64,000 bases of DNA from NCBI GenBank assembly GCA_963841435.1, contig CAWJCS010000006.1, forward strand, positions 832,001 through 896,000, given 5' to 3'. Made by a program: the position numbers and the translations under genes. A model generated the notes under the pieces. It saw only the letters and a list, made by a program, of their open reading frames with translations, had not been told where the DNA came from and did not search any database. Positions 51,236 to 60,948 of the stretch are shown one piece after another. The number at the start of each line of letters is the position of its first letter. Positions within the stretch are counted from its first letter, which is position 1. This DNA is from an uncultured delta proteobacterium. Lineage in GTDB: Bacteria > Myxococcota_A > Polyangia > Polyangiales > Polyangiaceae.

Positions 51236-52035
51236 CGATTTCGAGCGTTTCGGTCCGTTGCTCCGCGTCACAACCGCTTGAAATATCTTAGTAACCCCAA
51301 CCGAGGCGTTTCCCGAGCGTTCCACGCGTTACGTCTTGGTGGGGAGGGGGAGGGGGGAGGGGGAGGGATTCCAACCCTTCGCGCGGCGTTTGTGAAACCT
51401 TCAACCGGTACGCGGACTTGCGAGTCAACGCCGCGGCGACATTCACGAAAATGCGTTCGGAGGGACTCTCCGCTGGTCGACGTGAGTCGACTGGAGTTGG
51501 GCAACGGGTGGGCAACGGATGGCAGTGAAGTGGGCCGCCCTACGGATGAGGTGTCTTCGTCTTCCAGCCGCCCTGACATGAAAACATCGCCGCTTGCTGG
51601 CCGTGGAGGTGCGCCTGAGCGACCGGCGGCGTGGCGCCGGCCGTCTGCCGAGCGGCGGCCGTGGCTCGTGCCGCTGACCGCCGGTACGCCGCCCAGCGAG
51701 ACCCGTGATGCTGGTATGCGGCATGACGCTCGCCCCAGGGATCGGGAGTGGGCCATCCGGCGACCCGCCGAGCTCCGGCGCGCCAGAGGCGAAGGTGCAC
51801 CTGCGGGCCACGCCGCACGAGCTCCGGCGCCCGGGCGCCGCCGCCCAGCCTCTCCCGTCCCTCTTGCAGCGACTCGAGGCGGAAGGTTCGGGAGGGCTGG
51901 AGGGTCCCCCGGGGGCTCGCTCCGCAATTTCCCCAGTTCGATTTGCCTTGGCGCAAACTCCAGAGAACGCAGCAATTCCGTTTTCATTTCGCCCCATCGA
52001 CCTGTCGCCGAGCGGGGTATAGACTGCAGGCGTCA

Positions 52036-52716
52036 ATGGGGCCGCGGGTGACGAAAGGCGCGTGGAACGCGACATTGCTTGCGTTGGCAAGCTTGTCGAT
52101 CGCCTGCTCCAAGCATGCGAGCACCGCGCAAGGAGCCATGAGCGGAGGCTCCGGAGCAACGGGCGGCGCGGGCGGGACCGCGGGCTCGGGCGGAGTGGGA
52201 GGCTCGGGTGCAATCGGTGGCGGTGCGCCGAGCTCCGGGAGCGGTGGCACTGCTCGCGGGGGTGACGGCGCACTGGCCGGCGGCTCCGGCTCCGGATCCG
52301 GTGGGACCGCGGGCGTTGCTGCGGGCGGGACGGATCCGGGCGGCGGAGCCGGCGAAGCGGGCGGTGCCGGCCTCGTTGAGGGCGGGACTGCAGGCGATTG
52401 CCCCGCATCGCCGGCACCCGGTTCCGTCTGTGCACCCAACGTGGGCCTCTCCTGCCAATACGAGGAGCCGTGCGGGCCCGTGGAATGCGAGTGCCGAGGG
52501 GAGCCCCTCCGGTTTTATTGCACGTCCTGCGAGGGCTCGGCCGGTGCTGGGAGCAGCTGCCCACCAGAGAAGCCACCGAACGGAATGATCACCTGCTTCG
52601 ATCAGGCGGGCCTGCTCTGCCAATACGACGACACCTGCGGGAGCGTCAGCTGCTCTTGCGAGCTGCCGTTTTCCGGTGAGGGGCTGCCCGTATTCTTCTG
52701 CGACTCCTGCAACTGA
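52036..52716 (+). CDS. Gly-rich lipoprotein with two Cys-rich repeats
   Basis: SIAC lipobox; two CP...C....GL.CQY...CG.V.C.C...F.C.SC units. Confidence 0.7.
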   Translation: MGPRVTKGAWNATLLALASLSIACSKHASTAQGAMSGGSGATGGAGGTAGSGGVGGSGAIGGGAPSSGSGGTARGGDGALAGGSGSGSGGTAGVAAGGTDPGGGAGEAGGAGLVEGGTAGDCPASPAPGSVCAPNVGLSCQYEEPCGPVECECRGEPLRFYCTSCEGSAGAGSSCPPEKPPNGMITCFDQAGLLCQYDDTCGSVSCSCELPFSGEGLPVFFCDSCN

Positions 52717-52756
52717 GCGCAGAGTTCGTCCAATCGAGAAAGGGGAAGTCGGGGTC

Positions 52757-53197
52757 ATGCAAACAATCCAGCCAAGAATAATCATGGGAGCGGTCACTTT
52801 CGTCGCGGCGCTGGGCCTGCGCGCCCTCGTCGGTTGCGAGGGGCGCCTGCCTGATGAGCCGCTGAGTGCGGTGGGTTCGAGCATCGTCAACGGCATCCCA
52901 GATCCTACGGGACTCCCGACCGCTGTCTTCAACGGTGGGGGCTGCTCGTCCGTGTTGATCGCGCCGCGCACGCTCTTGATCGCAGGGCACTGCTTTCCGC
53001 AGTTCACTTCCGGTTGTCAGAATCTCGCGACCGCATTCGCCAATCCCCTGAACTTCCCGCTGCCCGAGCTCGTTGTTCGACGTGCAATGGGCTGGAGCGG
53101 GAACCCACATTGACATGAATCCCGGCTTTGGCATACGAACAAGCGATGATGGCTTGTTGGCGCTCAATACCTTTTCGACTAACGTGATAGTGACGAA
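52757..53197 (+). pseudogene. 5' part of a trypsin-like (S1) protease gene interrupted by IS21
   Basis: LVGC lipobox, IVNG, CSSVLIAPRTLLIAGHC; frameshift near 53076; frame resumes after the IS (VTN|DFNDK). Confidence 0.7.
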
Positions 53198-55623
53198 TGA
53201 TGGTTCCGGAAAATCTGGCCGCCCCAATTCCGGAAAATCTGGCCGCTCAAAAGAGGAGCCGGATGCATGATGGGCGCAAATATGAGCGGTCAGCGGCGAC
53301 AGCAATCTGGGGAAATGATCCCCCTGCTGTTGCGGCACGAGATTCAGGTTCTGCTGCGCGCCGGCCACGCGCAGACTGACGTAGCGGCGCGAGCCGGGGT
53401 CGGGGTGCGCACCGTGCGGCGGGTGGTCGCGGAGGACGCGGTGACACAGGTTGACGACGTGACCGAGCGACGCACGCGTCACATCGGACGACCGTCGAAG
53501 GCGGCGCCGTTCGCCGCGCAGGTGCTCGGCTGGCTCACCGAGACGCGGGACCTGCCGACGCAAGAGCTTCTGCGCCGAGCCAAGGACGCCGGTTACGACG
53601 GCAACAAGACGGCGTTCTACGCCATGGTCGCGGGTGTGCGGCCCGCGCGTGCAGCGCCGGTCGTGCGCTTCGAAGGCTTGCCCGGCGAGTTCTCGCAGCA
53701 TGACTTCGGGCACGTGGACGTCTGGTTCGTGAGCGGGCGCAAGAAGCGCGTCCACTTCTTTGCCTCGCGGCTCAAGTACTCGCGCTTCGCCGCCGTCACG
53801 CTGGTGGAAAACGAGCGGGTGGAGACGATCGTTCGCTGCCTGGCCCGGGACTTCGCGACATTTGGCGGCCTTCCACTCATGGCCGTGTTCGACCGGCCAA
53901 GGACCATCGTCAAGAAAGGCGGCAAGGGCCGCAACGTCGAAGCGTTCAACGCGACCTTCGCACAGGCAATCGTCAACATCGGCGTCGGCGTCGAGATGTG
54001 CGCCCCGCGGAGCGGCAATCAGAAGGGCACCGTCGAGCGACTCGTCGGCTGGGTGAAGAGCTCGTTCTTCAAACACCGCAAGTTCCAGGACGACGCCAAT
54101 CTCGAGGCTCAACTCGCGGCCTGGCACGTCGAGGTCAACACCAAGACGGCGTCCCGCGCCACGGGGGTGATTCCGGAAACGCGTCGCCAGGAGGAGCTCC
54201 CTCGGCTCCGCTCGGTCAAGGTGTTTCCGGAAACGCTGGCGCTGCGTTTGCCGGTGTTCGTCGGCCCCACCGCGGAGGTGATGTTCGAGGGGCTGCCGTA
54301 CTCGATGCCTCCCGAGGCCGCGCTCATGGCGGGCACGCTGTTCCTCTACGAAAGCCGCCTGCGCATCGTCGCAGGACGCTTTGAATCAAGCCACCGGCGT
54401 CGCCAGAAGGGCGAGCCTCCAGCGCCTCTGCCCGAGCATCGCGCCGCCAAAATCGCCGCCGTCCACGGCAAGCGGGCCAAGCTCTACGAGAAGCGCCAGC
54501 AGGTGCTCAACCTAGGTCCGGACGCGCTCGCGCTGCTCACCGAGATCACGCACCGCGAGCCGAAGCTCGCCGGTCGCCGCGTCGAAGAGCTCTACACTCT
54601 GCTCGAGCGCCACGGCGACGACACGCTCCGCGAGGCGATCCGTTCCGCCGTCGAGCGTGCGCAGCTCTCCGTCGCCGGCGTTCGCCGCCGACTTCCTTCG
54701 AGCGGCCGAGGACGCGAGGGCAGTCGCCCTCGTGTCCGAGTGACGCCACCGCGCGGCCCAGACCGCCTCCAGCTCGCGCTGCCTCTCGGCCGCACGGAGC
54801 TGAAACGAGGTGCGTCGTGAGCTCCGACCTCGAGCCGCTGCTCAAGCGTCTGCACCTCGCCAACGCGCGGCGCGTCTGGCGTGACCTCGTCCAGCGCGCC
54901 GAGAAGGAAGACTGGTCCTACGAGACCCTCCTTTTTACGCTCTTCTCCGAGGAAGTCGCCCATCGCCGCGGCACCCGCCTCACTCGCGCCCTCGGCTCCG
55001 CCGCGTTCCCGTTCCTGCGCACCATCGAGGAGTACGACTTCAGCTACCAATCGACACTCAGGCTCACCACCGTCGGCTCACTCCTCGCGCCAGATTTCGT
55101 CACCGAAGGACGGTCAGTCATCTTCCAAGGCAAGCCGGGCCGCGGCAAGACGCATCTTGCGATCGCCATCGCGTACCGCGCCCTGCAAAACGGCTTCGAC
55201 GCGCTCTTCACTACTGCTGCCGAGCTCATCGACCATCTCTCCGCCGCGAGCCGCGAAGGAAAGCTTCGTGACGCACTCGCTGTTTACATGCGCCCACACG
55301 TGCTCGTCGTCAACGAGGTCGGATACCTCACCTACGGAAATGACGCCGCCAACGTCCTCTATCACGTCGTCAACGACCGCCACATCCGACGACGCGCCAT
55401 GATCTTCACCACCAACAAGGACCCAAAGCGCTGGGGAACCGTGCTTCACGACGACGACCTTGCCGATGCCATCGTCGATCGCATCCTCGAGCGCGGTCGC
55501 CTGCTACGCCTCGATGGGCCTTCCGTGCGCACCAAGCATTTGCCCCCCGACGAGCTCGGGAGCGATGATCAACAACCGGCCAGAGTTTCCGGAAAAAACC
55601 GGCCAGAGTTTCCGGAACGCACA
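53198..55623 (+). mobile_element. Complete IS21-family element, 2426 bp
   Basis: TG...CA ends; IRs TGATGGTTCCGGAAAATCTGGCCG and (revcomp) TGTGCGTTCCGGAAACTCTGGCCG; doubled subterminal repeats; ACGAA duplication at 53193-53197 and 55624-55628. Confidence 0.93.
53315..54820 (+). CDS. istA: IS21 transposase
   Basis: N-terminal HTH; RFEGLPGEFSQHDFG (D), VFDRPR (D), KGTVER (E). Confidence 0.93.
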   Translation: MIPLLLRHEIQVLLRAGHAQTDVAARAGVGVRTVRRVVAEDAVTQVDDVTERRTRHIGRPSKAAPFAAQVLGWLTETRDLPTQELLRRAKDAGYDGNKTAFYAMVAGVRPARAAPVVRFEGLPGEFSQHDFGHVDVWFVSGRKKRVHFFASRLKYSRFAAVTLVENERVETIVRCLARDFATFGGLPLMAVFDRPRTIVKKGGKGRNVEAFNATFAQAIVNIGVGVEMCAPRSGNQKGTVERLVGWVKSSFFKHRKFQDDANLEAQLAAWHVEVNTKTASRATGVIPETRRQEELPRLRSVKVFPETLALRLPVFVGPTAEVMFEGLPYSMPPEAALMAGTLFLYESRLRIVAGRFESSHRRRQKGEPPAPLPEHRAAKIAAVHGKRAKLYEKRQQVLNLGPDALALLTEITHREPKLAGRRVEELYTLLERHGDDTLREAIRSAVERAQLSVAGVRRRLPSSGRGREGSRPRVRVTPPRGPDRLQLALPLGRTELKRGAS

Positions 55624-56202
55624 ACGAATGACTTCAACGACAAGGAGGGTGTTTCGGTTAGCTCGCGGATGAGGACGGCGCTTCAGGAGCTGTTTCCGGG
55701 TGCCATTAAGCATCTATTCGAGGAGAAGTATACTCAGCCAATTGCCAAGGATCATGGTGCTCCTGTCAACTTGATGTGTAGCTCAGAGTCAGAGGGCTCT
55801 GATGCTGGTCGAGTGGAGTGCTACTCGGCCGCGCGCACGTTTCTTCAGTCTGCTTGCGATCCGCCGGCATCGCAGGAAGTCGCATGCCTTGGTCTTCAGG
55901 CTCTCGAACAGCGGAACTTTACTTGCATGGCGGGTGGGATCTGCGGATTTCGGCCGGTTATCCAGGCCGTAAACATGCTTCCAGAAGATTTGGAGCTTGT
56001 TTTTGCGCCGAATCCCAGCGCCCCGACAGTGCCTCTCGACAGGTTCTATCGACTTCTGGGAGGACTGTTGGGGTCGTCCGAACTGGGTAGCCTATGTGGT
56101 GAGATTCCGGAGCGAGCCATTGCAAATGGGAACGTCGCTTCGCTCACGCTTGGGGTTACGACCCGCGATGAACCCTTGATTTCTTGCGACCAGTTCCAGT
56201 GA
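54817..56202 (+). CDS. istB: IS21 helper ATPase reading through the right IR into the interrupted host gene
   Basis: GKPGRGKTHLA Walker A, VLVVNEVGY variant Walker B, FTTNK, AIVDRIL; no stop before the IS end at 55623. Confidence 0.88.
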   Translation: MSSDLEPLLKRLHLANARRVWRDLVQRAEKEDWSYETLLFTLFSEEVAHRRGTRLTRALGSAAFPFLRTIEEYDFSYQSTLRLTTVGSLLAPDFVTEGRSVIFQGKPGRGKTHLAIAIAYRALQNGFDALFTTAAELIDHLSAASREGKLRDALAVYMRPHVLVVNEVGYLTYGNDAANVLYHVVNDRHIRRRAMIFTTNKDPKRWGTVLHDDDLADAIVDRILERGRLLRLDGPSVRTKHLPPDELGSDDQQPARVSGKNRPEFPERTTNDFNDKEGVSVSSRMRTALQELFPGAIKHLFEEKYTQPIAKDHGAPVNLMCSSESEGSDAGRVECYSAARTFLQSACDPPASQEVACLGLQALEQRNFTCMAGGICGFRPVIQAVNMLPEDLELVFAPNPSAPTVPLDRFYRLLGGLLGSSELGSLCGEIPERAIANGNVASLTLGVTTRDEPLISCDQFQ

Positions 56203-56999
56203 CGGCAGGCTTGCCAAAGGAGCGTCGTTGGTGCACCCGAGCTGGCCTTGGGCGCCGGCGCCGTGGCCATCTCAGAAGTACGCTGGTTCTCGCGTTCGCA
56301 TCGGTCGCCTGCGGTGGCCTCTCCGCCGTGGATTCTCCAGACGCTGCTCCACTCCCCGGTGAAGGGGGATCCAGCCAGGGTGGAACCGGGAGCGGTGCCG
56401 ACGCGTTGCCGCTGGGACCATTCTGCGAGGCCTACGCCGGCGCGCGCTGTGAGCCAATCACGGCCTGTTGTGAGGAATCGGACCAGCCGGTCGAATTTGC
56501 CGCGTGCCTGCAAACGGAGCTGGACCTGTGTCACGCACAATTCGCCAACGCGCACGACGACCCCCCGCTGGTCGAGGCGTGCATTCAGGCCCAGGCTACA
56601 CTCGTTGACTGCAGCTACCTGCCGCGGGATCTGGCAGCTTGCGCCGAACTCGCGCAGCGCGGGGCGATAGATCGCCAACCTGGGGACCGGTGCTCGTCTT
56701 CCTGGGACTGTGCTCAAGTCTCGGATCAGGCGACCGTCTGCGTCGAAGGTATCTGCGTTCGTACCAGGTACCTGGAGCAGGGCGACGCATGCGAGGATGC
56801 CGTTGCCCGTTGCGAACCCGACCTCTTGTGCGAAAGAGAACAGGCGGGCCTAGGCTACCGCTGCGAACGACCGCTCCCGCTGGGGAGCTATTGCGGCGAG
56901 CTGGGTCCGGCATGGTGCGAGTCGCAGAACTGCGATCCGGACGCTAAGGTATGCGTGGAAGCGTCGGTCGCACTCGAGTGTCAATGGTACGCGCCCTGA
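56184..56999 (+). CDS. Cys-rich secreted lipoprotein
   Basis: SVAC lipobox; FCEAYA..RC....CC, GDRCSSSWDC, GDAC repeats; start uncertain. Confidence 0.65.
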   Translation: MRPVPVTAGLPKERRWCTRAGLGRRRRGHLRSTLVLAFASVACGGLSAVDSPDAAPLPGEGGSSQGGTGSGADALPLGPFCEAYAGARCEPITACCEESDQPVEFAACLQTELDLCHAQFANAHDDPPLVEACIQAQATLVDCSYLPRDLAACAELAQRGAIDRQPGDRCSSSWDCAQVSDQATVCVEGICVRTRYLEQGDACEDAVARCEPDLLCEREQAGLGYRCERPLPLGSYCGELGPAWCESQNCDPDAKVCVEASVALECQWYAP

Positions 57000-57574
57000 G
57001 CCTCTTAGCCACCCTCGGCACCCTGAGCTGCCTCTGCCTGCTTACGCAGCCCGTAGCGGCGAGTGAGACAGCAGGCACGACTGAGCACGTCGCCGGAAGT
57101 CGCCTAACGACTGTCCTCGAAGTGGGTCTCGGCGGCGGGAACGTCGGCGTAGCAGCGCGCGCGGGGCTTCACACCGCCTACTGGACGAGTTGGCACTGGG
57201 GCGTGGGCCTCGGTACGGTCGCTCTGGCCGAGGCGGAACTGTTCGGGGACTCGGCGAGCGCGGCAATGATCGGCCCGGTGCTCGCGTACCGTAGTGATCC
57301 GACGACCAACGGGTGGCTGCTCACCGCCGCTCCCGCACTCGCGTACGGGGATCGTGGCCACGTGAGCAGCGCGCCCAGCGAGCACCTGCGCCGTGGCTAC
57401 GGGTACGCCTTCGACGGCGCTGCGCACTACTACTACCGACCGGGCATCTTCGTGCTCGGTACCGGCCTTGGCCTCGACTTCGTTCACCCGGTCGCGAGGC
57501 TTTCAGGGTCGGACCGCCTCCCGCCGGTCATCTTCTCGGCGACGATCGACTTGCTGATCGGAGCCGCGTTTTAA
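56984..57574 (+). CDS. Small outer-membrane beta-barrel-like protein
   Basis: Signal peptide, amphipathic strands, terminal Phe (LLIGAAF). Confidence 0.6.
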   Translation: MVRALSLLATLGTLSCLCLLTQPVAASETAGTTEHVAGSRLTTVLEVGLGGGNVGVAARAGLHTAYWTSWHWGVGLGTVALAEAELFGDSASAAMIGPVLAYRSDPTTNGWLLTAAPALAYGDRGHVSSAPSEHLRRGYGYAFDGAAHYYYRPGIFVLGTGLGLDFVHPVARLSGSDRLPPVIFSATIDLLIGAAF

Positions 57575-57816
57575 GGTCCCCACCGGCGACGGGTGTACGT
57601 GTCCACCGCGACTTTCAGCCCGAAAGATCGCTGATACCATGACCTCATCGAGCGCCCCTTCGCCCATGGACTACGTCGCGCAGCACTGCGCGGGCCAGGT
57701 TTGGTCTCGTTTCTTTAACATGCGTTGGACCACGCTGGGGCTGACGGCGTCGAACACCTTGAGTGCTCGGGCGCACGGGGGACCGAAAGCGACGAAGTCT
57801 TGGGGAATCCCTTGAG

Positions 57817-58205
57817 TCAGCGGGCGAAGTACTTCGTCGCCCGGCGCTGCCCGGTCACGCGGATCGCCTTCGCGTCCCAGAGCTTGCCGATCGGGAGCGT
57901 GAGGTCCTTCGTGCTCACGTTCATGCTCTTGCCGATTTGCTCGATGCGCTGGCCGGGGGTCTTCTTGATGGCAGCGAGCAGGCTCTTCGTCAGCGCCTCG
58001 AGTTCCTGGGGCTCCGCTTCGCGCCCTTGGGTCGTTTGCTTGCGCGCGCCGTGCTCGCCGGCCTTCCGCGTGATGCCGGCTTCGCGGGGACCCCTTCCCC
58101 ATTGGCGGCGATGGCGGCCTTGAAAGCAGCTGCGCCTTCCTCCTGGATGGCCTCGGTGAGATCACTGACAAACTGGTGGACGATGGCTTGAATGCGGGGG
58201 CTCAT
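57817..58205 (-). CDS. Small basic DNA-binding protein; frameshift near 58008
   Basis: MSPRIQAIVHQFVSDLTEAI...KGAKRSP then QELEALTKSLLAAIKKTPGQRIEQIGKSM...GQRRATKYFAR in the adjacent frame. Confidence 0.7.
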
Positions 58206-58282
58206 GAGGGACGCGAGCGTAGCCCACGTTCACGCATCAAGAAAAGGTCGGGAGCGCTCATCGCCGGTCTTTGGGTGGAAGT

Positions 58283-58457
58283 TCAGTCGTGCCGACGCCC
58301 ACGTATCATGGGCGCCGCCTGATCGAAGGAACGAGCTGCCCCCGCGTCCGTGGTGAACGATCCGCGATGGACAGTGCGGTTATTGCGCGAGATCGACGCC
58401 GTAAAGCTGAACCCATTCCACGAGACGCCGATGAACCGACTCTTGGCGTGCCGCTTC
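58283..58457 (-). pseudogene. AP2 DNA-binding domain remnant (HNH-AP2 endonuclease type)
   Basis: SRFIGVSW...FTASIS.NNRTVHRGSFTTDAGAARSFDQAA. Confidence 0.7.
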
Positions 58458-58830
58458 TGACCTGCTGGCATTCAGAGGACCAAGGATTCCTAGAGAACTG
58501 CCTCTCGGGTTGGGGTTGAGGTCGACGGCTTCGTGATCTTGAACTCGGACGGGGTGAGGTAGCCGAGGCTCGAGTGGGGGCGGACTTGGTTGTAGTGCCG
58601 TCGCCACTGCTCGATGACAGTAGCGGCTTCGATGCGATTGCGAAACCACTCCATGCTGAGACACTCGTCGCGAAGGCGGCCGTTGAAGCTTTCGTCGGTG
58701 CCGTTCTGCCAGGGCTTTCCAGGGGCGATGTGGGCGGTTTCGATGCCTTCGTCGGTGAGCCACCGCAGCACCGCAGTCGCGACGAACTCGGGGCCGTTGT
58801 CGGAGCGCAGGTAGCGCGGAGCACCGTGGA
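58458..58830 (-). mobile_element. IS3-family right-end remnant
   Basis: [44 protein letters not shown]; ends ...GCAGGTCA on the minus strand. Confidence 0.85.
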
Positions 58831-59207
58831 CGCTGGCCGCCCGCCACGACGAGTTCTTCACCGCATTGACGACGGCCGCGCGCGAGACCTCTAGCGTCAT
58901 CGATGCCGTTCTCCTCTACAACTGGTTGAAGCTGGGAGTGGTCGCCCCCGGCGACGGGCACGTGTTGGGCGTGTTGGACAAGAAGAAACCGGGCGTTCAC
59001 CACGAGGTTCCGATCCCTCGCTGACCGCCAGAGCGCCCCATCAAGTCGGCGTGGCACCACGCCCACCCCCCGCGCCTGATCCCGCACCCGCGTCCACCCC
59101 GGACATTCAACGCCCGCCCCGGCCCGGAAAGCCTCTTGCCGCCGCGCTTGCCCCGCGTTTAGCTCCAGGCTTCGTTTGTGGATCCCTGGGGAAGCCCGGG
59201 GAGGGCG

Positions 59208-59624
59208 ATGAGCATGGCTCCCAGCGTCCCCAAAGAGCTCACCCTGTTCGAGGGCCTGTGCGCCGAGCTTTCGGCCGAAGACGTGACGGCCCTTCGCAAG
59301 GAGGTTGCGGCGCATGTCGCCCACCTCCAGCGCGAGCAAGGGCGAAACGAGCTCATCGCCGTGGACCTGGCGGTGCTCGTCAGGGAGCGGCTCGAGCGTC
59401 TGTTCGACCTTGGCTCGGCACTGAAGCCGGAGGAGAGGGCGATGGTGGTAGGGGCGGCTCGCTATTTCGTGGCCCGTGACGACGCAATTCCAGACACGAA
59501 AGCCTGCACGGGGCTCGACGACGATGTGATGGTCCTGAACGGTCTTCCCGAGACCGGTGCCGTCGGCGATCAAGATCCGCGGGCGCAAGGCCTCGGCAGC
59601 GCTCATCATGATGGTTCTACCTGA
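59208..59624 (+). CDS. DUF1232/YkvA-like protein, C-terminus possibly replaced
   Basis: VVGAARYFVARDDAIPD...GLDDDVMVLN. Confidence 0.65.
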   Translation: MSMAPSVPKELTLFEGLCAELSAEDVTALRKEVAAHVAHLQREQGRNELIAVDLAVLVRERLERLFDLGSALKPEERAMVVGAARYFVARDDAIPDTKACTGLDDDVMVLNGLPETGAVGDQDPRAQGLGSAHHDGST

Positions 59625-59780
59625 CCGCCCCGCAGATTTCGCAAGCGACGCCCTCGCCGCGAGATTCTTGCTGCACGATTCCACGCGGGTTCTTGCCAGG
59701 GCGGGCGTTCGGTTCGTCGTGGTTGGCGGATGGGTGCCCTATCTATTTCATCGAAGGCGCTACGGTCATATGCCGGAGTC
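59608..59780 (+). pseudogene. N-terminal fragment of a nucleotidyltransferase-like protein
   Basis: LARAGVRFVVVGGWVPYL...H; frame runs into the antisense of the SIR2 gene with no T.D.D motif. Confidence 0.45.
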
Positions 59781-59785
59781 CGGCG

Positions 59786-60943
59786 CTACTCTGTGTAAGG
59801 GCGTCCCCAGCCGATCCCTCGGACCAGAAGCTCACGCCGAACCAGTGAAAAGAAGTCCTCCGAGAAGAGTGGGTGCCAGACCACGCGGTATGACAGGTTA
59901 CCGGGATGCATTGCCTCCCACGGTGCCACGCGCCGATGATCCCGACGAGCAGCCGCGTTCAGCATGTGCCGGAGGCGCACCACGTCGGCGCTCTCCTCAG
60001 GGCCGAGAACAATATGCAGGTCCAGGTCAGGCTTCTCGTTCGCGCTGATCGCGCCCAGCAGCTCCACTCTCGCGTGCGCATCCGTCGGGGGAAACCTGTA
60101 GCCGACGAAAACGATGCAATCCGCGTCCCGGATCGCTTCGGTCGCGAACTTCCATAGGTGACCCAGTCGCCCTTTCACCAGGCTGTGCTTGGACGGACCC
60201 GGCGTCGCGAGAACGAGGCTGTCAACGCTGCACCGCTCTGCGTAGTCGATGTCAGCCTTCTGGATTGAGCCCGCCTCCTGGGTCCCTACCCAGCGCCAGT
60301 CCACGCTACCGTGAAGCTTGAGGACGCGAGCCCGCTGGGCCACCGACCAATCGCGGGCGGCTCGCACGACGTTGCAAACGCCGGCCCTGTTCTCCTTGGC
60401 AATTTCTCCGTCGATCACTTCGATGACTCGGTCGTAGTTCAAGGTGATCACAACGTCGGACGATTCGAGGCCCAGCAGCCAGTCAGTGTGCGGTTGCCAC
60501 CGCTCCGAATCTGGAGCTGCGCGACGGAGAAATTCGCCACACTCTGCCGCCACGTACCGGAGCGCCTTGTCGCGAATTAGCCTGAGTCGGGATCCGTCAG
60601 CGGGACCCAACTCGAAAGGTGGAGCCTCGCCAGTCAAGATCGCCTCCAGCCGCTCCGCGAGCGGGCCACGCTGGGCGACGGCGGTATCTACCTTGTCGAG
60701 GAAATCTTCAGCGTGTTCCCAGAGCCGCTCACCAGACGGGTGATTGGTGTTGAACCATCCGTCACTGAACCGTCGCCCGTAGTGATACAGCCAATACACT
60801 CCGGGATCCTTGGTGGCGAGAGCATGGGTCTTCAGCAGATCGAGGCGCGACTCCAGCGACAACAGGTCGGCGAGCGTCGGGCCCCCCAAGGGCTTGCTGA
60901 ACCCTGCTCCGAGGATCCAGACGATTCGGCGTTCCTCAGCCAT
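59786..60943 (-). CDS. SIR2-like (SIR2_2-type) domain protein
   Basis: VWILGAGFS, VITLNYD, VLKLHGSVDW, IVFVGYRFPPTD. Confidence 0.87.
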   Translation of the reverse strand: MAEERRIVWILGAGFSKPLGGPTLADLLSLESRLDLLKTHALATKDPGVYWLYHYGRRFSDGWFNTNHPSGERLWEHAEDFLDKVDTAVAQRGPLAERLEAILTGEAPPFELGPADGSRLRLIRDKALRYVAAECGEFLRRAAPDSERWQPHTDWLLGLESSDVVITLNYDRVIEVIDGEIAKENRAGVCNVVRAARDWSVAQRARVLKLHGSVDWRWVGTQEAGSIQKADIDYAERCSVDSLVLATPGPSKHSLVKGRLGHLWKFATEAIRDADCIVFVGYRFPPTDAHARVELLGAISANEKPDLDLHIVLGPEESADVVRLRHMLNAAARRDHRRVAPWEAMHPGNLSYRVVWHPLFSEDFFSLVRRELLVRGIGWGRPYTE

Positions 60944-60948
60944 CTGAT

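Noticed and set aside
51190-51265. Functional tRNA-Gly gene
   Set aside because: D arm and 5' acceptor strand are absent; only the 3' part matches
55624-56202. Novel native C-terminal domain of IstB
   Set aside because: Lies outside the right IR and target duplication and continues the frame of the interrupted host gene
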